In this document: in pieces, positions 61,595-64,000 of the stretch
Numbering within the stretch: position 1 is the stretch's first letter
Layout: every line of letters begins with the position of its first letter
DNA from: an uncultured bacterium
Lineage (GTDB): Bacteria; Bacillota; Clostridia; Oscillospirales; Ruminococcaceae
DNA: 64,000 nucleotides
Reading direction: 5' to 3'
Assembly (NCBI GenBank): GCA_905215965.1
Contig: CAJMSD010000002.1
Location: 196,866-260,865 of the forward strand
Program-made: the position numbers and the translations under genes
The notes under the pieces: model-generated
Seen by the model: only the letters and a program-made list of their open reading frames with translations
What the model was told of the DNA's origin: nothing
The model's database searches: none

Positions 61595-63007
61595 TTATTC
61601 ATTTGTTTCTTCCTTTGACTTATCCTCGCCCGGCTTTGCTCCGTCATGGATATCCTGAAGATTATCCCCCGTATTGTCATACGACGTATACGAATAATCG
61701 GTAGTAAGCTCCACGATAGCGCTGTATTCCGGAGTAAGATCGTTCTGATACGGTCTGAAATATTCGTTGAGGATATCAAGAGTAGCCTGCTTATGAATAG
61801 ACCATACCGACTGTTTGTCATGACCCTCGGGAGAATAATACTCTCCCTCGCCCGGAACCATAGTGACCATTACGTTATCCATAGAAATGGTAGAAGCAAG
61901 GTCGGCAAGCATATTAATATTCTCAAGGCTGAGATTCGTAGCTATATACTCATTTTCGTAAATTTCTTTAAGATAGCCGTAGAATTTAAGAGTTCCCTCT
62001 TCCTCGACAATGTTAAGCATTTTTTCCATAGCGGCGGCAAGGAACTTACGCTGATTTTTAACACGTCCGATATCTCCCTCGGCAAAGCCGTGACGGAAAC
62101 GAACGAACCATTCAGCCTGCTGACCGTTCAAAACGCTGTAGCCTGCCGGTATTATCTTATCTGCCTCGTAAACTATCTGCTCGTCAAGAGTAACGGGAAT
62201 ACCTCCCACAAGGTCTACCATATCCACGATATCGTAGCAATGGGTTGTAACGTAAGCGTCTATAGGAATGCCGAAATTATCCTGAACGGCATCAACAACA
62301 CGCTGTATCGGAGTTTCGTCCTGATCTCCCCGAGCATAGATGCTGTTGAATTTTCCGGTAAAGCTTCCTGTATACTGCGGCATGAAGGTATCTCTCGGGA
62401 TCTGGAGAACGTTCAGCTTTGCATTGGCGATATCGAACTGGAATATCCAGTTTACGTCGCTGTTGTTGCTTTCCTCGTCAAAGCCGAGAAAGAGCACCGT
62501 ATACTGTCCCTCGATAGTCTGCGGAAGATCGAGTCCGTCAGAGAAATCCTTGTTTACAACATCGGAATTTACATCAAGATTTTCCATATCATTTGGCCTG
62601 AGATCGCCCTCCAAGTCCTTCAGAGGCTGCCATCTCTTGAAAAACGTGATGATGGAAACATTCTCTATCGGCTTGCCTACGGAGCTGTATGCAATTATAG
62701 GCATATTAAGTATAAGCACTATTATGAGAATAAGGCTCAGCAATACTGCGCCGATCTTAACGGCGATATCCTTTTTGGAAAACCTCCTGACTGCCGCAGC
62801 AGCTTCCGGCATATCGTCGTATTCCGCAATATCTTCGTCATTGTTCATCGGCATGGGAGAAGTCGCTTCATATTTGCCAACGTAATTATCGCCGTTATTG
62901 TCGGAACGTCGGCTGTTATTTTTAGCTTTTTCGATACGTTTTCTCATTTCATCGCCGCTGAATGAATTATTTTCGTTATTCATTGACTCTCTCTCCTCAG
63001 AAAACAT
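61595..63007 (-). CDS. LytR-CpsA-Psr (LCP) family cell-envelope phosphotransferase
   Basis: One TM helix, then the LCP core (VLFLGFD...SDVNWIFQFD...LQIPRDTF...INGVHD-like region). An alternative start is ATG 62983 after GAGGAGAG. Confidence 0.8.
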   Translation of the reverse strand: MFSEERESMNNENNSFSGDEMRKRIEKAKNNSRRSDNNGDNYVGKYEATSPMPMNNDEDIAEYDDMPEAAAAVRRFSKKDIAVKIGAVLLSLILIIVLILNMPIIAYSSVGKPIENVSIITFFKRWQPLKDLEGDLRPNDMENLDVNSDVVNKDFSDGLDLPQTIEGQYTVLFLGFDEESNNSDVNWIFQFDIANAKLNVLQIPRDTFMPQYTGSFTGKFNSIYARGDQDETPIQRVVDAVQDNFGIPIDAYVTTHCYDIVDMVDLVGGIPVTLDEQIVYEADKIIPAGYSVLNGQQAEWFVRFRHGFAEGDIGRVKNQRKFLAAAMEKMLNIVEEEGTLKFYGYLKEIYENEYIATNLSLENINMLADLASTISMDNVMVTMVPGEGEYYSPEGHDKQSVWSIHKQATLDILNEYFRPYQNDLTPEYSAIVELTTDYSYTSYDNTGDNLQDIHDGAKPGEDKSKEETNE

Positions 63008-63591
63008 TATTTTCTTTTTTCATCTCTGCATATTCTTGTGTAAAAGTTATATCCGTCTACAGTGCAGGCAGGAAGAACTCCGCCCTTTTTTATAACTGAT
63101 TTTATTGAAAAGACGATTCCCTCAAGCATCGCCGAATTCAAATCGGAATATGCAAGCTTTCTAATTCTGTCAACGTCCTTGTAATCCCTGTCTGCCGAAA
63201 CAAGATCGCCCATATAAACGATCTCCTCCAGCCTTGTCATTCCCGCTCTTCCCACAGTATGAAAGCGCACGGAATTTATTATATCGATATCCTCGATGCC
63301 AAGCTCTTTCTTGATAAAGTAAGCTCCTGCTATCGCGTGCCTGAGCGAATTTGTTTCAATTTCCTCACGGCTGACGGAAAATCCGCTGTCGATAACCATC
63401 TGCTTCTGCTCTTCGGTCGGAAGCTCCTTGCAGACATCGTGAAGAAGTCCGGCAAAATAAGCTCTTTCAGGATCTTCGCCGTATTTTTGAGCAAGCTTCC
63501 TGCATTCCTCGGCAACATTAACGCTGTGAGTATATCTTTTCTGCGAAAGACGCGATTTAAGAAATTTCTTTTTCTCATCAATATTATACAC
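63007..63591 (-). CDS. yqeK: HD-domain bis(5'-nucleosyl)-tetraphosphatase YqeK
   Basis: RYTHSVNVAEE...AGLLHDVCKE, in the conserved position after nadD. Confidence 0.85.
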   Translation of the reverse strand: MYNIDEKKKFLKSRLSQKRYTHSVNVAEECRKLAQKYGEDPERAYFAGLLHDVCKELPTEEQKQMVIDSGFSVSREEIETNSLRHAIAGAYFIKKELGIEDIDIINSVRFHTVGRAGMTRLEEIVYMGDLVSADRDYKDVDRIRKLAYSDLNSAMLEGIVFSIKSVIKKGGVLPACTVDGYNFYTRICRDEKRK

Positions 63592-64000
63592 TATTTGATC
63601 ACCTCGTCAAAACAGCTGCTTCCGTATAATCCCTTTGATCTTATATATTGTACTACATTTTCGGACAGATAGCAAGACATATTCTCATTTTTTACAATTT
63701 TTTTTCTTATCTCAGTGGAAGAGATCTCCACGGCAGGCGCGGAGCATACAAAAACCTTTCCGTAAGCCGAAAGCTCCTCTGCCTTTGCGTAAAGCTCGGC
63801 ATGATCGCCGTTTCTGCGCGATACGGCTGCAAGCGAAGCCGATCTGAGTATATCCTCAAAGCGATACCAGCTGTCAAAGCTCAGCAGCATATCGCTTCCA
63901 ATCAGCAGAAATATTTCGTCCTGCGGAAAATGTCTGCAAAAATGCTCCACAGTATAGACGGAATAGCTTATCCTGTCACGGCAAAGCTCATAATCGCTGA
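63591..64000 (-). CDS. nadD: Nicotinate-nucleotide adenylyltransferase, C-terminal part (the start lies beyond the window end)
   Basis: FLLIGSDMLLSFDSWYRFEDIL...ISSTEIRKKI...YLSENVVQYIRSKGLY. The reading frame is open to position 64000. Confidence 0.85.
   Translation of the reverse strand, partial: SDYELCRDRISYSVYTVEHFCRHFPQDEIFLLIGSDMLLSFDSWYRFEDILRSASLAAVSRRNGDHAELYAKAEELSAYGKVFVCSAPAVEISSTEIRKKIVKNENMSCYLSENVVQYIRSKGLYGSSCFDEVIK

Noticed and set aside
61646-62965. 439-aa plus-strand ORF.
   Set aside because: It is antisense to the LCP-family gene. It is Ile/Phe/Arg-rich shadow-frame sequence with no RBS.

Overview
This is a 64-kb chromosomal segment from a low-GC Gram-positive anaerobe. 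It looks like a cellulosome-producing Ruminococcus-type clostridium: there is a GH11 xylanase fragment at the left edge and three dockerin-bearing BspA-type LRR surface proteins. I can support about 60 protein genes and one tRNA-Gln(UUG). I saw no rRNA, CRISPR array, transposase, integrase or clear prophage. Housekeeping content includes glnN (type III GS), cca, pflA, fba, lgt, folD, efp, pepP, aroQ, yqeG, rpsU, leuS, rsfS, an LCP protein, yqeK and nadD. Accessory or unusual content, left to right: (1) a perfect 122-bp tandem repeat upstream of the xylanase gene, plus a 63-nt structured element that recurs 56.8 kb away. (2) A thiol/redox island at 6.4-14.5 kb carrying ccdA, a tlpA-like gene, a 65-aa ferredoxin:thioredoxin-reductase-like gene, a ferredoxin, a membrane 4Fe-4S protein, trxA and a CoA-disulfide reductase-rhodanese. 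This gene order suggests a ferredoxin-driven transmembrane disulfide relay and is my best candidate for an undescribed system. (3) Five separate gene truncations or fusions in that same island, including an in-frame MinD-like::rubrerythrin chimera, and a 20-bp perfect palindrome that forms two back-to-back consensus promoters. (4) GC-rich multi-hairpin, REP-like mosaics between convergent genes. (5) An orphan cluster of DnaA-box-like TTTCCAC repeats. (6) A stand-alone holin plus leaderless M23 peptidase cassette next to a module of a one-TM histidine kinase, response regulator and ABC-2 transporter. (7) A YfhO gene with an overlapping two-component system. All functional calls come from reading the translated ORFs and motifs by eye. 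No database search was run.
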